From an uncultured Gammaproteobacteria bacterium (GTDB taxonomy: Bacteria > Patescibacteriota > Patescibacteriia > Veblenbacterales > UBA10138): a stretch of 64,000 bases of DNA. The notes under the pieces are model-generated. The model had not been told where the DNA came from. It did not search any database and was given only the letters and a program-made list of their open reading frames with translations. Positions 54,530 to 64,000 of this stretch are shown piece by piece; positions within the stretch are counted from its first letter, which is position 1; each line of letters opens with the position of its first letter. Location of the stretch: NCBI GenBank assembly GCA_964453605.1, contig CAYVOI010000001.1, forward strand, positions 484,095 through 548,094, read 5' to 3'. The translations under genes were made by a program, and so were the position numbers.

Positions 54530-55389
54530 GAACACTTACACCACCGCGCGCTTCGGCGCGGCGGGATTTTTCGCGGGTATCGCGTCGCGCACCGGTAGTG
54601 GTGCAGCGCATGACGCGTGCCTACAACCAACCCCCCGCCAGCCGCTGGCAACCTTGGCGCTGGCGCGTAATCGGTACACTGACGGTAGTAGTGGTAGGCA
54701 GTGTGCTCTACTCACCCCTGTTTGCCATTAAGAACGTTATTGTTGATAACACCCCCTCACACCAGAGCGAGCTCAGGATAACAAACATTGTACAGAGCAT
54801 CATCAACCAGGCTGGTGTTAGCCCCCTGCCACAGTGGAACCTTATGTTCTTTAGCACCAGCCGCGCACGCCAGGCGATTGCAAGTGAGTTCTACATCACA
54901 GGCTTAACCTTTGAACGTCAGTGGCCGAACGTGCTCCGCATCGTAGCGCCCCAAGACACCGTGGCCGCGCTCTGGCAAGCGGCCGCCACGTACCTCGTGA
55001 GCGGACAAGGTATACTGGTGCAGCAGCTGGGGGATGAACCGCCGCCCAAGCTGCTCACCGTGCGCGAGGTTACCCCCACCGAGCACAAACTCGGTGACCG
55101 TGTAGCCCCAGCTAGTACCCTGCAGTTCCTACAAAAACTACACGCTGGCTGGCAAACCGAACTCCCCACCACCACCCTGACCTACGTGAGCTACGACCCC
55201 ACGGCCCTACCGACCCTGGAAGCCTATACCGACAAGGGCTGGTACGTGCTCCTATCAGCTGAACAAGACCTGGCTACCCAGCTCACGGCCACCCGGCTGC
55301 TGCTCCAAGAAAAAATTAAAGACGACGCACCGCGCCTCGAGTACATAGACGTTCGCTTTGGCTCACGGCTCTACTACAAGCTGCACTAA
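54517..55389 (+). CDS. ftsQ: Cell division protein FtsQ/DivIB-like (POTRA domain)
   Basis: N-terminal basic region, one TM helix, and a POTRA-like beta-domain (IKNVIVDNTPSHQSELRI). Synteny is ddl-ftsQ. Confidence 0.6.
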   Translation: MVSLRTLTPPRASARRDFSRVSRRAPVVVQRMTRAYNQPPASRWQPWRWRVIGTLTVVVVGSVLYSPLFAIKNVIVDNTPSHQSELRITNIVQSIINQAGVSPLPQWNLMFFSTSRARQAIASEFYITGLTFERQWPNVLRIVAPQDTVAALWQAAATYLVSGQGILVQQLGDEPPPKLLTVREVTPTEHKLGDRVAPASTLQFLQKLHAGWQTELPTTTLTYVSYDPTALPTLEAYTDKGWYVLLSAEQDLATQLTATRLLLQEKIKDDAPRLEYIDVRFGSRLYYKLH

Positions 55390-55393
55390 GCGT

Positions 55394-56332
55394 TCAAGAG
55401 GGAAGTACCGAGCTAACCAGCCCTTGGTGCCCGCGCACAAAGTCGGAAGCGGTAAGCTCTGTGGCTCCTTCGAGCTGTAACCGGCTCACAACTAGTGCCC
55501 CTTGCCCACAGGTAATTTGAAGCCCGTCAGAATCTTGCGTTACGGTGCCAGGGTTACCGCTCTTTGTCTCAGCCACCTCGGTAGCTACCAACTTCAAGCG
55601 TTTACCTTGCCACGTAGTCCAAAGCCCTGGCCAAGGGGTAAAAGCTCGGCGCATACGGTCGAGCGTTTGGGCGGGTTTAGTGAAATCGGCTTGTCCGTCC
55701 TCACGTTCTACCATGGTAGTGAATGTGGCCTCGGCGTGGTCCTGGGGTGCCGGCTGCAGGCTACCACTGATGTACGGCGGAAGTGTTTCCTTAAGTAGGT
55801 CCATCGAACTCGAGGCGAGCCTAGTACTTAAAGTAAGTGCATCATCGGCTTCGGTAATAGGCAACGTACGCTGTGCCAGCAGGGGGCCATGGTCTACTTC
55901 GCTGTCCAAAACTATGAGGCTAACTCCGGTTTGGCTGTCGCCGTTTTTAAGAGCTGATTGTATCGGCGAGGGGCCACGGTACTTAGGCAGGAGCGACGGG
56001 TGCACGTTCACAATGCCTTTGGGGTAGAGGTCGAGAATGCTCAGGGGTACAATTTTGCCAAACGCAGCCAGCACTGCAAATGGCGTCTGGTATTGTTTAA
56101 GGCTTGCCTCAACCTCAGGCGGTCTCAAGCTAGCTACCTCTCGTAGGGGAAGTTGTAAAAATCCAGCCAATGTGCCGACCGGTGTAGGTGTGGTTTTTAA
56201 GCCACGGCTTGCGGGCTTTCCTTTAGTTGTTACTACCAGCTCAGGTGTAAACCCACTATCTACCAACCCCTGCAAAATGGTAGCCGAAAAGGCCGAGGTA
56301 CCGTAGTACACGAACGAGCTACTGAAGCCCAT
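55394..56332 (-). CDS. fmt: Methionyl-tRNA formyltransferase
   Basis: NVHPSLLPKYRGPSPIQSAL and a C-terminal tRNA-binding domain. It overlaps def. Confidence 0.85.
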   Translation of the reverse strand: MGFSSSFVYYGTSAFSATILQGLVDSGFTPELVVTTKGKPASRGLKTTPTPVGTLAGFLQLPLREVASLRPPEVEASLKQYQTPFAVLAAFGKIVPLSILDLYPKGIVNVHPSLLPKYRGPSPIQSALKNGDSQTGVSLIVLDSEVDHGPLLAQRTLPITEADDALTLSTRLASSSMDLLKETLPPYISGSLQPAPQDHAEATFTTMVEREDGQADFTKPAQTLDRMRRAFTPWPGLWTTWQGKRLKLVATEVAETKSGNPGTVTQDSDGLQITCGQGALVVSRLQLEGATELTASDFVRGHQGLVSSVLPS

Positions 56333-56801
56333 AGGTAGCGAGTAGCTCGGCCCCAGTGGTAATTTTTTTGGTGCGGTCGGTAAAGAGTACGCCGTTAACG
56401 TGGTCTACTTCGTGCTGGTACACACGAGCCTGCATACCATCGAGCCATTCCTGGTGCGGCTGGCCCTCAAGATCAGTGTAATCCGCTAGTACGCGCGCTG
56501 GCCGGCGCACAATGCCGTACACCCCAGGGATAGAGAGGCACCCCTCTTCAAAATCAGTTTTACGCCAGGAGGACTTTACCACGCGCGGGTTAAGGTATGC
56601 GGTCGGCCCACCTGGTGTGGCTATCACAATAAGCTGCAAGCTTTCGCCGACCTGCGGCGCTGCCAAGCCAATACCCTTGTAGTGTTCCATGGCCTCAAAC
56701 ATAGCATGGGCCAGTTCGCGCGTAGCCGCACTCGGTGGCACTTCGACCGCGCGAGCTTTGGCTCTGAGGATTGAGTTGGGTGCAACAATGAGGGGGAGCA
56801 T
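56319..56801 (-). CDS. def: Peptide deformylase
   Basis: GIGLAAPQVG, EGCLSIPG, HEVDHVNG. Confidence 0.9.
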   Translation of the reverse strand: MLPLIVAPNSILRAKARAVEVPPSAATRELAHAMFEAMEHYKGIGLAAPQVGESLQLIVIATPGGPTAYLNPRVVKSSWRKTDFEEGCLSIPGVYGIVRRPARVLADYTDLEGQPHQEWLDGMQARVYQHEVDHVNGVLFTDRTKKITTGAELLATYGLQ

Positions 56802-56813
56802 AACGAAGTAAAA

Positions 56814-57212
56814 CTAAAAAACGTTGGCTTTGATCAGGGCTGGAATAATTTCATTCTCAGTCACAGCAATCATGGGGTAGGTTTTGCTAAGAAAATCATT
56901 CTTGCTAAACCATATTACCTTCTCAATTTCGTGGTCCGGTAAAGGATCACCACTAATAGTACACAGGTAAACCTTATTTTTATTCAGGTGCTCACCGTAG
57001 GGGGACTTACCAGTAAACTCGCCGAAATATGTAGCTGTTACCAAGATAACACCCAACTCTTCCTGCAGCTCCCTAGCCAAACACTCTTTATCAGATTCAC
57101 CAGGGAGGGGCTTGCCACCGGGTGTCCAGAGCTCATCATAGCCCTTACCTTTCTGCATGAGGAGCTGGCCGTCATGAACTATTATAGCTGCGATTCTTAT
57201 CTTAGTATCCAT
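56814..57212 (-). CDS. Nudix hydrolase
   Basis: Nudix box GGKPLPGESDKECLARELQEELG. Confidence 0.7.
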   Translation of the reverse strand: MDTKIRIAAIIVHDGQLLMQKGKGYDELWTPGGKPLPGESDKECLARELQEELGVILVTATYFGEFTGKSPYGEHLNKNKVYLCTISGDPLPDHEIEKVIWFSKNDFLSKTYPMIAVTENEIIPALIKANVF

Positions 57213-57221
57213 ACCAAGAGC

Positions 57222-59075
57222 TTACCTTAAAATACTCCACGGGTGTCTGTCAATCAGTATACCATCAGGCAGCTTGGGCCACAGCGTCTCGGGGTTAAAG
57301 CCACGTTGGTACCGAAGCAGTAGATGGAAGCGGTAGCGACCTCGGACTTGGTGGTAGTAGTCAGGGTAGGGACCAGTGAATGTTGCGCCTTTGGGCAGCG
57401 CGCTCTCCAAGAGCCTGGCTACACCCTTGGCCTCAACGAGAGCAGCCTGCTCCTCTTTATGTTCCGATGTTAAACGTACCAACGACGTAAACGGTGGATA
57501 GTTGTACGCCTTACGCTCGGTAAGTTCAGCCTGGTAAAACTTAGGTAAGTTTTGCGACATGCTCTGCCATAGGTAGTGCTCAGGCCGCCAGGTTTGCACC
57601 ACCAAGCGCTTAGCCCCACACGTGGCCAAAAACCGCATAGTGGCAAAGGTATTTTCCGCCGCGCGATACTCGGGCAAGCTGAGCTCAGTGTCGGGTAAGA
57701 GCGCGGCCACGAACTCGAACGTAGAAAAATCTACATACCGCCAGGCCAAGCGGCTCCCAAGCACAATGTTGGCAGATGCAAGCTGTGGTGGCGCCTCGCT
57801 CAGCTCACCCTCCAGCACACTGAGCTTAACTCGTGGCCAGAGTTTTTTAAGCTCTTCAGCTGCCCGCTCGAGCCCTTGACCAAGGTAGGCCACGTTACTA
57901 CCACCGCACTCCGGGCAGGGGAGTGGCATGGCTTGGGTAACACCGCAGTGAAAACAGGTGAGCTTATTTACCTTAGCGCTCCATACCATCGGCCGCTTAC
58001 ACGTTGGGCAGGTGGGGGAGAAACCACAGTCGCGGCAAGTTACGGTTGTGGCCGAACCCCGACGATTGAGGTACAAAAACACCTTACCACCACGGTCTAG
58101 TGTTTGGGTAACGCGTTCCTGGAGCGCGTGCGAAACCACGCTGTAGTTACCCGCGCGCCGCTCTTCCGCCAAATCAACGAGCTCAAACGAAGCCGACGCA
58201 CGCGCGTTCAAAGCTTGCCACCGCGCAGCACCTGTTTCGGCCTCGTACCACAAACTGAGCGGTGGGGCAGGGGAGAGGTAGGCAAGTGAGGCTCCGTGTG
58301 CCGCTGCCAACCAGCGGGCAACTTCTAACCCATCGTAGCGCGGGTTTTGCTCAGCCTGCTTATAGCTCTCGTTCTCAGCGTAGTCCACCACTACACCACC
58401 TAAATGATTGAACGGCAGAAAGAGTGCTGCTCGCGTACCGACTACAACTTGTGCTTCACCACTCCTGACCGCTGCCCAAGCAAGTCGCTGTTCGGTGAGC
58501 TTAAGCTCGGCGCTGAAGGTAGCCACCCGGTAACCCTTAAGCCGCGACTGCCACACGCTGAGGTAATGTAATTCTGGCACAAGTAGGAGCACCTGCTGTT
58601 TACGCTTACACACGCGCTCTAAGAGTGCGAGCACGGCTTGCAAGTGCTGCACCGGACTGCCAAAGGTGATAACAACTGGTTTCACGGGTCGAGGTGGCGT
58701 AGCTCGTGTAGCCCCGGAGACTTGCTCTGGTACAAAGTTTCGATTGGGCAAAAAGGGTACGGCCAGGGTCAGCGCCTGGCCCCACGCCACACCGTAGTGG
58801 TGTGCTGTATGCTCAGTTACCTTAAGCTGTTGTGGTGTAACGTAGCGCGGAGCAAGCAGCCTACCCACGGGCTTAAGTTTGGCTGAGACACGGCTCTGTG
58901 CTTTGAGTTTCAGCACAATACCCTGAGCCAGGTTTCGCCGAAAGGAAACCTCGACCAAATCCCCAACACCCCAAACCCCACCTTCGGGGAGCTGATAATC
59001 AAACACATGCGCAGTGCGGGGCAGGCGCTTCAGGAGGGCTACCTCGGCTATGGTGAACCCCTGCGGCATAACCAA
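57222..59075 (-). CDS. priA: Primosomal protein N' (PriA helicase)
   Basis: Helicase motifs plus the characteristic Cys cluster CRDCGFSPTCPTCKRPMV...CFHCGV...CPECGG. Confidence 0.85.
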   Translation of the reverse strand: MVMPQGFTIAEVALLKRLPRTAHVFDYQLPEGGVWGVGDLVEVSFRRNLAQGIVLKLKAQSRVSAKLKPVGRLLAPRYVTPQQLKVTEHTAHHYGVAWGQALTLAVPFLPNRNFVPEQVSGATRATPPRPVKPVVITFGSPVQHLQAVLALLERVCKRKQQVLLLVPELHYLSVWQSRLKGYRVATFSAELKLTEQRLAWAAVRSGEAQVVVGTRAALFLPFNHLGGVVVDYAENESYKQAEQNPRYDGLEVARWLAAAHGASLAYLSPAPPLSLWYEAETGAARWQALNARASASFELVDLAEERRAGNYSVVSHALQERVTQTLDRGGKVFLYLNRRGSATTVTCRDCGFSPTCPTCKRPMVWSAKVNKLTCFHCGVTQAMPLPCPECGGSNVAYLGQGLERAAEELKKLWPRVKLSVLEGELSEAPPQLASANIVLGSRLAWRYVDFSTFEFVAALLPDTELSLPEYRAAENTFATMRFLATCGAKRLVVQTWRPEHYLWQSMSQNLPKFYQAELTERKAYNYPPFTSLVRLTSEHKEEQAALVEAKGVARLLESALPKGATFTGPYPDYYHQVRGRYRFHLLLRYQRGFNPETLWPKLPDGILIDRHPWSILR

Positions 59076-59861
59076 CTACCGTAACGACACCTGGGCCACC
59101 AGTAAACCAACACCAACTGGAGCTTCATAGGAGTAGAGCTCTGTAGCGTGGTTAGTACCCTGGAACAAGCGGTAGAGAAAACAAGCCGGTGCTTGTAAGC
59201 ACTCGCGGGTCGTACGTCGGAGTGCAACATCGAGGTTCATCAACTTTTCCAACGAGCTCTCTTCGCACGCCACCTGGAAAAGCTGATCAAAAATTTTTGC
59301 TTCGGTGGTCGTAGCGGGTGTAGCGTGCGCTAGGTCCCCGGCCGCCAGCACTACCACACGCTCGCGGGCGGTAGCCATAGTTTCCTGGAGCACACCAGCT
59401 AACGTATTAAGCTCATCAAGCTTAAGCTCTTTGGGTAAGCGTAAACACACTAGTGGTTTAGTACTGAGAGGCTGACCCAGCGCCAGTGGTGGAATGGCAA
59501 AACTATAGGGGAGCGCTAGAGTAGACACGAGGGGCAAGGGGAAACGGGTTTCAATCTGCTCTTTCAGGTGATGGGTAAACCCTACCGCCCCCTTAAATGA
59601 ACCCGCGGTCACCAAGTCGCCTAGAGCGCTAAAATTATAGGGCAGGGTAGCCCCCTGGAGTAGAGCGTACCCTGGCTCCATGGCGCCGGCGTCAGCGTGA
59701 GCGGCTACCACCAGTAGGATGTCAGGGGTTAAACCGCGCACAAACTCTGCCAAGCGTGCCAGTGCCTCAGACGACTTTGCCGCGAGTTTGCGCGCTTCGG
59801 GAGTAAGCCCAGGGAGCAAGAGCGGGGAGTGGGGGAGAAGTGCACCACCAACAATAGGCAT
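59076..59861 (-). CDS. LigB/Memo-like class III extradiol dioxygenase-fold protein
   Basis: N-terminus LLPHSPLL and LLVVAAHA resemble the YgiD/LigB His-containing motifs. 261 aa. Confidence 0.5.
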   Translation of the reverse strand: MPIVGGALLPHSPLLLPGLTPEARKLAAKSSEALARLAEFVRGLTPDILLVVAAHADAGAMEPGYALLQGATLPYNFSALGDLVTAGSFKGAVGFTHHLKEQIETRFPLPLVSTLALPYSFAIPPLALGQPLSTKPLVCLRLPKELKLDELNTLAGVLQETMATARERVVVLAAGDLAHATPATTTEAKIFDQLFQVACEESSLEKLMNLDVALRRTTRECLQAPACFLYRLFQGTNHATELYSYEAPVGVGLLVAQVSLR

Positions 59862-59871
59862 AACGGTTCTG

Positions 59872-61275
59872 TTAAAAGCTTTCGTTAATAACCTGGCCTA
59901 CCTGGTGGAGCCCGAGGGCTGCCTCAGTGGTAGTCACCACGTTCTTGGGATCAAAGCCAAGCTCGGTCAGGGCCTCGGCTGAAACAAACGGCCGACGCTC
60001 GTGGTTGGAAATCAGGTACACGGTCCCGGGGTCTCCCTTACTACGCACCAGGTCACCCTCGCGGAACAGCACCGGGGAACCAGTAGTGTACTTGTCGAGC
60101 TCTTTAGCAGTCGCCTTGGTGGCGTGACGACCTGGGAAGTTACTCGCCAGTACCTCGCGCGACCAGATGGGATGCTTAGCCCCGTCCTGTATCCAGAATA
60201 CCCCACCAGTTTTGCGATCGCTAAGGAGAGTGCCCAAGGGGAAGACGCTCTTCACGGTAATAGGCTCACCTTCAGTATACGTGCCTAAATCCTCTTGCTT
60301 CACCTTCACAATTTCTGCTGGGTTCACGCCCACCCGCCGCAAGGCCTCGCGGCTAGCAAACCCCCTCAAGGTATCGCCAACCAACAGGTACACCGTACCC
60401 CGTGGGGAACGAAGGAACGAGTAGTTGGCAAACTTAATCGGGGTACCCTCGTCGTACTTCAAGAGTTCGGTACGGTTAACGTGCACTACGTCATCAGGGG
60501 AGCTACCACGAGACAACAACACGCTCATGTTCTGGAACTTACGCCGGAGGCCATTTTCAACCAGCCAGACGTCGCGGCTACTATCTTCACTGACAAGGGT
60601 ACCGTCGGGGTAGGCACGCGCAAAGTAACGGTTCCACACGGTCCACAGTACTTGGTTACCATGCAGATGTGGTGTGTAAGTGTAGGCAATAGCAGTCGCA
60701 AACGTAGCGGGGTTCACCAGCACACCGTCAACGAGGCCAGGGTACCCAGGCCCCAAGCCGCTCAGTGTTTTGCCATCCACCTGGAGACTGGGGAGGTAGT
60801 CTTGCCGAATACGGCGGGCCGCGTTGTAGACCTGGTTGTAGAACCCTTTGTAGCGCTGAATGGCGGGTGAATTTATATCACAGCCGTCACACACCGCGTA
60901 GCCGGTGGCCCAATCATAGTTGTATTGCGTAGGCAGTGGATCTTCCACTAGGCTCTGCTCTTTCTGCACGAGCGCCAAGAGAAATTTAGGGCTAATCTGG
61001 AAATCCTGAGCTGCGCTGTAGATGACGTTAGCCGCCGATAGCCTGGTTATGGGATCAAAGTAGTGCGCTAGCGTACTACCCTTGAGTTCCAGAAAAGCTT
61101 GAATTTGATCAAGTGACAACGACGTGTAGTCGAACAAATCACTGTCCGCCAGTACATAGTTGTAATCAAACGGCACTTGCGCTTGAGCTGCCAGTGGGCC
61201 AAACAAGTTGGCCAGTAACCCCACTGCTACCGACACAAAAAATAAGCGTTGTAGACGCTGATGCATTGATAGCAT
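59872..61275 (-). CDS. Secreted protein with four internal repeats of about 45 aa
   Basis: Signal peptide. Repeats G(T/G)V(Y/F)L...G.RR.F.S.EAL...G(F/V)(N/D)P at residues about 235, 280, 345 and 410. Confidence 0.45.
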   Translation of the reverse strand: MLSMHQRLQRLFFVSVAVGLLANLFGPLAAQAQVPFDYNYVLADSDLFDYTSLSLDQIQAFLELKGSTLAHYFDPITRLSAANVIYSAAQDFQISPKFLLALVQKEQSLVEDPLPTQYNYDWATGYAVCDGCDINSPAIQRYKGFYNQVYNAARRIRQDYLPSLQVDGKTLSGLGPGYPGLVDGVLVNPATFATAIAYTYTPHLHGNQVLWTVWNRYFARAYPDGTLVSEDSSRDVWLVENGLRRKFQNMSVLLSRGSSPDDVVHVNRTELLKYDEGTPIKFANYSFLRSPRGTVYLLVGDTLRGFASREALRRVGVNPAEIVKVKQEDLGTYTEGEPITVKSVFPLGTLLSDRKTGGVFWIQDGAKHPIWSREVLASNFPGRHATKATAKELDKYTTGSPVLFREGDLVRSKGDPGTVYLISNHERRPFVSAEALTELGFDPKNVVTTTEAALGLHQVGQVINESF

Positions 61276-61350
61276 ACTACCACATTTTTACACCCGCAGC
61301 AACCACCTGAGCTCATTCCAGCCAGCCCACCAGAGTGGTACAATTGTACT

Positions 61351-61881
61351 ATGCAATCAGCACAGCCTAAACTACGGCCCAACGTAGCCATGTGCGTTTT
61401 AAACCCACAAGGTGAAGTGCTCCTGGTGCGTCACCGCGAGCACTTTGTTGGGGCCTGGCAGTTCCCCCAGGGGGGCGTGGCGCCGCACACGACCTTAGAA
61501 CAGACGGTGCAGAAAGAGCTTAGAGAAGAACTGGGCCTCATTACCTTTCGGCTGTTAAGGCTACTAAAAAACGTTTACCAGTACCACTGGCCAGAACGTT
61601 TAGTAAAGTACGGGACCGACCTTGAAAAGCGTAACTACATAGGCCAGCTGCAGAGCCTAGCTATTATCCAAGTCCCCATTATCAGGCCAGTATTAAAACC
61701 AGACCCTCGTGAGGCAGTACAAACTAAGTGGGTACCCAGCGACACACTACTTAAAAACCTACACCACCTCAGACGTCCACTAGGCAAGCTGGCACTGCTC
61801 GAAATCAAGAAGCTGGCACTCCCACGGGTCGCTAAAGTCACGAAACAGAACCCACCAACTCGTCGTCATGCTATAGTATAG
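61351..61881 (+). CDS. Nudix hydrolase (RppH-like)
   Basis: Nudix box GAWQFPQGGVAPHTTLEQTVQKELREELGL. Confidence 0.75.
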   Translation: MQSAQPKLRPNVAMCVLNPQGEVLLVRHREHFVGAWQFPQGGVAPHTTLEQTVQKELREELGLITFRLLRLLKNVYQYHWPERLVKYGTDLEKRNYIGQLQSLAIIQVPIIRPVLKPDPREAVQTKWVPSDTLLKNLHHLRRPLGKLALLEIKKLALPRVAKVTKQNPPTRRHAIV

Positions 61882-61885
61882 TTCT

Positions 61886-63349
61886 ATGGTCAGGGTTCGT
61901 TTTGCACCATCTCCAACCGGCGAGCTCCACGTAGGTGGCGCCCGCACCGCACTCTACAACTACCTGTTTGCTAAACAACAGGGCGGTAAGTTTATTATAC
62001 GTATCGAGGACACCGACCAGGAGCGGTTTGTGCTTGGCAGCCTAGAACGGCTGCTGGCGGGTTTGAAGTGGCTCGGGCTCACCTGGGACGAGGGTCCAGA
62101 CGTGGGCGGCAGCTCAGGCCCCTACGTACAGTCACAGCGCCTAGAACACTACCAGAAGTACGCGGCGGAGTTAGTAGCTAAAGGCGCTGCCTACCACTGC
62201 TTCTGCACAAAAGAAAGGCTGGATATCTTACGGGAGCTGCAGCAGTCAGAGGGCAAACCAACCAAGTACGACCGCACCTGCCTTAAGCTCTCTCCAGACC
62301 AGGTGGCTGCCCAGCTGAAGCAAAACCTACCCCATACGGTGAGGCTTAAGGTGTCAGAGGGCGCGACCACCTTCCATGACGACATTAGAGGCGACATCAC
62401 GGTACCCAACGCCGACATCGACGACCAGGTGCTCTTAAAGTCCGACGGGTTCCCCACCTACCATTTGGCCTGTGTGGTCGACGACCACCTCATGGCCATA
62501 AGCCACGTTATCCGCGGTGAAGAGTGGCTACCCTCCACCCCCAAGCACGTGCTCTTGTACCAGGCGTTTGGTTGGCAACCCACCAAGTACACCCACCTGC
62601 CGAACGTGCTCAACGAGCGCAAGGCCAAGCTCTCCAAGCGTAAGGACGGCGAAGCAGTGTGGGTGCAAACTTATGAACGACAAGGCTACCTTCCGCAAGC
62701 GCTCCTGAACTTCTTAGCCCTCTTGGGTTGGCACCCGAAAGATGATCAAGAGCTCTTTACCTTAGACCAACTGGTGAAAGCGTTCGACCTGAGCCGCGTT
62801 CAAAAAGCTGGCGCCATCTTCAGCCGGCAAAAGCTTGATTGGTTTAACGCCGCCTACATTAAACGTCTTGAACCTAAAAAGCTTGACCGCGAACTGCAGC
62901 CTAGCTACCAGAGCCTAGACCTCTATAAGGCAAGTGGTGTACAGGATACTACTCGGCTTACCGCCATACTACAACCCCGTTTAGTAACCCTGAATGAGGC
63001 AGCCGACCTTGGCCAGTGGTTCTTTAAACCTGACGCTGAACTCAACGTCCCGAGCACAATGTTGATACCTAAAAATGGTAGTCATGAGAAAACCAAGGCC
63101 GCGCTCGAGGCGGTAGCTGGCGTGCTCACCGACCGAGTAGGGGAGTGGGAAGTGGAGGCGCTACGCTCCGCAGTAGAAATCCTGGTACGGCCAGGCACGT
63201 TTAGCCGTGGCGAGCTGCTGTGGCCACTCCGCGTGACCTTAACAGGCGAAGAGCAATCGCCGGACGTGTTTGAAGTCGCCTGGGCATTGGGCCGCGAACG
63301 CAGCCTCACGCGCCTGGCACAAGCACAAGCTACACTAGCCAACAGCTAA
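61886..63349 (+). CDS. gltX: Glutamyl-tRNA synthetase
   Basis: HVGG (HIGH) and KLSKR (KMSKS) motifs, class I catalytic core, and C-terminal anticodon-binding domain. Confidence 0.9.
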   Translation: MVRVRFAPSPTGELHVGGARTALYNYLFAKQQGGKFIIRIEDTDQERFVLGSLERLLAGLKWLGLTWDEGPDVGGSSGPYVQSQRLEHYQKYAAELVAKGAAYHCFCTKERLDILRELQQSEGKPTKYDRTCLKLSPDQVAAQLKQNLPHTVRLKVSEGATTFHDDIRGDITVPNADIDDQVLLKSDGFPTYHLACVVDDHLMAISHVIRGEEWLPSTPKHVLLYQAFGWQPTKYTHLPNVLNERKAKLSKRKDGEAVWVQTYERQGYLPQALLNFLALLGWHPKDDQELFTLDQLVKAFDLSRVQKAGAIFSRQKLDWFNAAYIKRLEPKKLDRELQPSYQSLDLYKASGVQDTTRLTAILQPRLVTLNEAADLGQWFFKPDAELNVPSTMLIPKNGSHEKTKAALEAVAGVLTDRVGEWEVEALRSAVEILVRPGTFSRGELLWPLRVTLTGEEQSPDVFEVAWALGRERSLTRLAQAQATLANS

Positions 63350-63353
63350 ACGT

Positions 63354-64000
63354 ATGGGCAGCAGACGGCGCATAGTAGTACGCTTAGCTAGTCTTAGTAC
63401 TCTCCTCATAGTACTAGCACCTCTGCTCGGGTTAAGAGCGCAAACGATAAGCGAAATCAATGATCAAATTCGCTTGAAACAGCAGCACATCACTGAACTC
63501 AAGCAGCAGATAGACCAGTACCAGCGGGCTATAGTTCAAAAACAGGGCGACACCGCCACGCTCAAAAACCAGATTAACGTGCTGGACAACAAAATTGCCC
63601 AAGCTGAGCTCGACATTAAAGCCAACCAGCTGAAACTCGACACTACCACCCTGCAGGTCCAAGCGCTCACCCTAGACATTGCTGCGAAAGAGCGCGACCT
63701 CGCGACCAAACGGGCGCACGTAGCCGAGCTCATCCGCCAGCTCAACCGCGAAGACCAGCGGAGCCTCCTCGAGGTACTAGCGCTCAACTCCTCCCTGGGG
63801 CAGTTCTTTGAGCAGCTCTACTACCTCAGTGCCATACAGCAAGACCTGCAGCGTAACATTAACCAGGTTGAAAGTCTTAAAACAGAATTGGAACACCGCC
63901 AGGGTGACTTGGCTAGCTACCGCACGCAGCTCCTCACTGACAAAGATGCACTCACGAACTCCAGAGCGAACCTGACTGGCCAGCAGCAAACCAAGCAGGA
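63354..64000 (+). CDS. N-terminal part of an EnvC-like coiled-coil protein (probable M23-peptidase activator/peptidase); it runs off the window end
   Basis: ATG at 63354 and open to nt 64000. Signal/TM region LASLSTLLIVLAPLL, then a long Q/L-rich coiled coil. It is absent from the ORF track because no stop lies in the window. Confidence 0.5.
   Translation, partial: MGSRRRIVVRLASLSTLLIVLAPLLGLRAQTISEINDQIRLKQQHITELKQQIDQYQRAIVQKQGDTATLKNQINVLDNKIAQAELDIKANQLKLDTTTLQVQALTLDIAAKERDLATKRAHVAELIRQLNREDQRSLLEVLALNSSLGQFFEQLYYLSAIQQDLQRNINQVESLKTELEHRQGDLASYRTQLLTDKDALTNSRANLTGQQQTKQ

Noticed and set aside
59076-59861. Reading the LigB/Memo-like gene as part of an AmmeMemoRadiSam system
   Set aside because: There is no AMMECR1-like or radical SAM partner adjacent. 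The only rSAM gene in the window is about 38 kb away on the island.
1-64000. CRISPR arrays, rRNA genes and IS elements
   Set aside because: No regularly spaced short direct repeats, no rRNA-like conserved stretches and no transposase-like ORFs were seen on either strand.

Overview
This 64-kb window is a chromosomal segment from a bacterium of roughly 55-60% GC, judged by eye. Genes are tightly packed, mostly on the + strand, often overlapping, and many have short-leader promoters with an extended -10. The gene content is typical of a small-genome bacterium and resembles Patescibacteria/CPR, but that taxonomic guess is inference only. The housekeeping and envelope core includes: lepA (3' end), tRNA-Thr and tRNA-Gly, ftsEX, two tRNA-Gln genes, an mreB paralog plus a separate mreBCD-mrdA cluster, holB, frr, rseP, a CPA2 antiporter, dnaX, a TMEM175-like channel overlapping mntH, an RNase J-like MBL/beta-CASP nuclease, a cyclophilin, a cluster of five GT2 glycosyltransferase genes, proS, greA, lysS, serS, ddl-ftsQ, fmt-def and priA on the minus strand, and gltX. 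Accessory content sits at three insertion hot spots where AT-rich cargo is flanked by duplicated gene or tRNA termini: tRNA-Gln(TTG) with a GIY-YIG gene, tRNA-Gln(CTG) with a 5.7-kb low-GC island, and the lysS/HD intergenic region with two tiny cassettes. The 5.7-kb island (19.38-25.08 kb) is the most interesting locus. It encodes a strongly promoted 63-aa Cys-containing protein followed by an attenuator, a radical SAM/SPASM enzyme with an N-terminal extension, a translationally coupled MTAP-family phosphorylase, an ABC-F ATPase and a P-loop nucleoside kinase. No integrase is present. This is a candidate undescribed peptide-modification (RiPP-like) and self-protection module. A lone VirD4/TrwB-type coupling ATPase (13.7-16.2 kb) is also notable.
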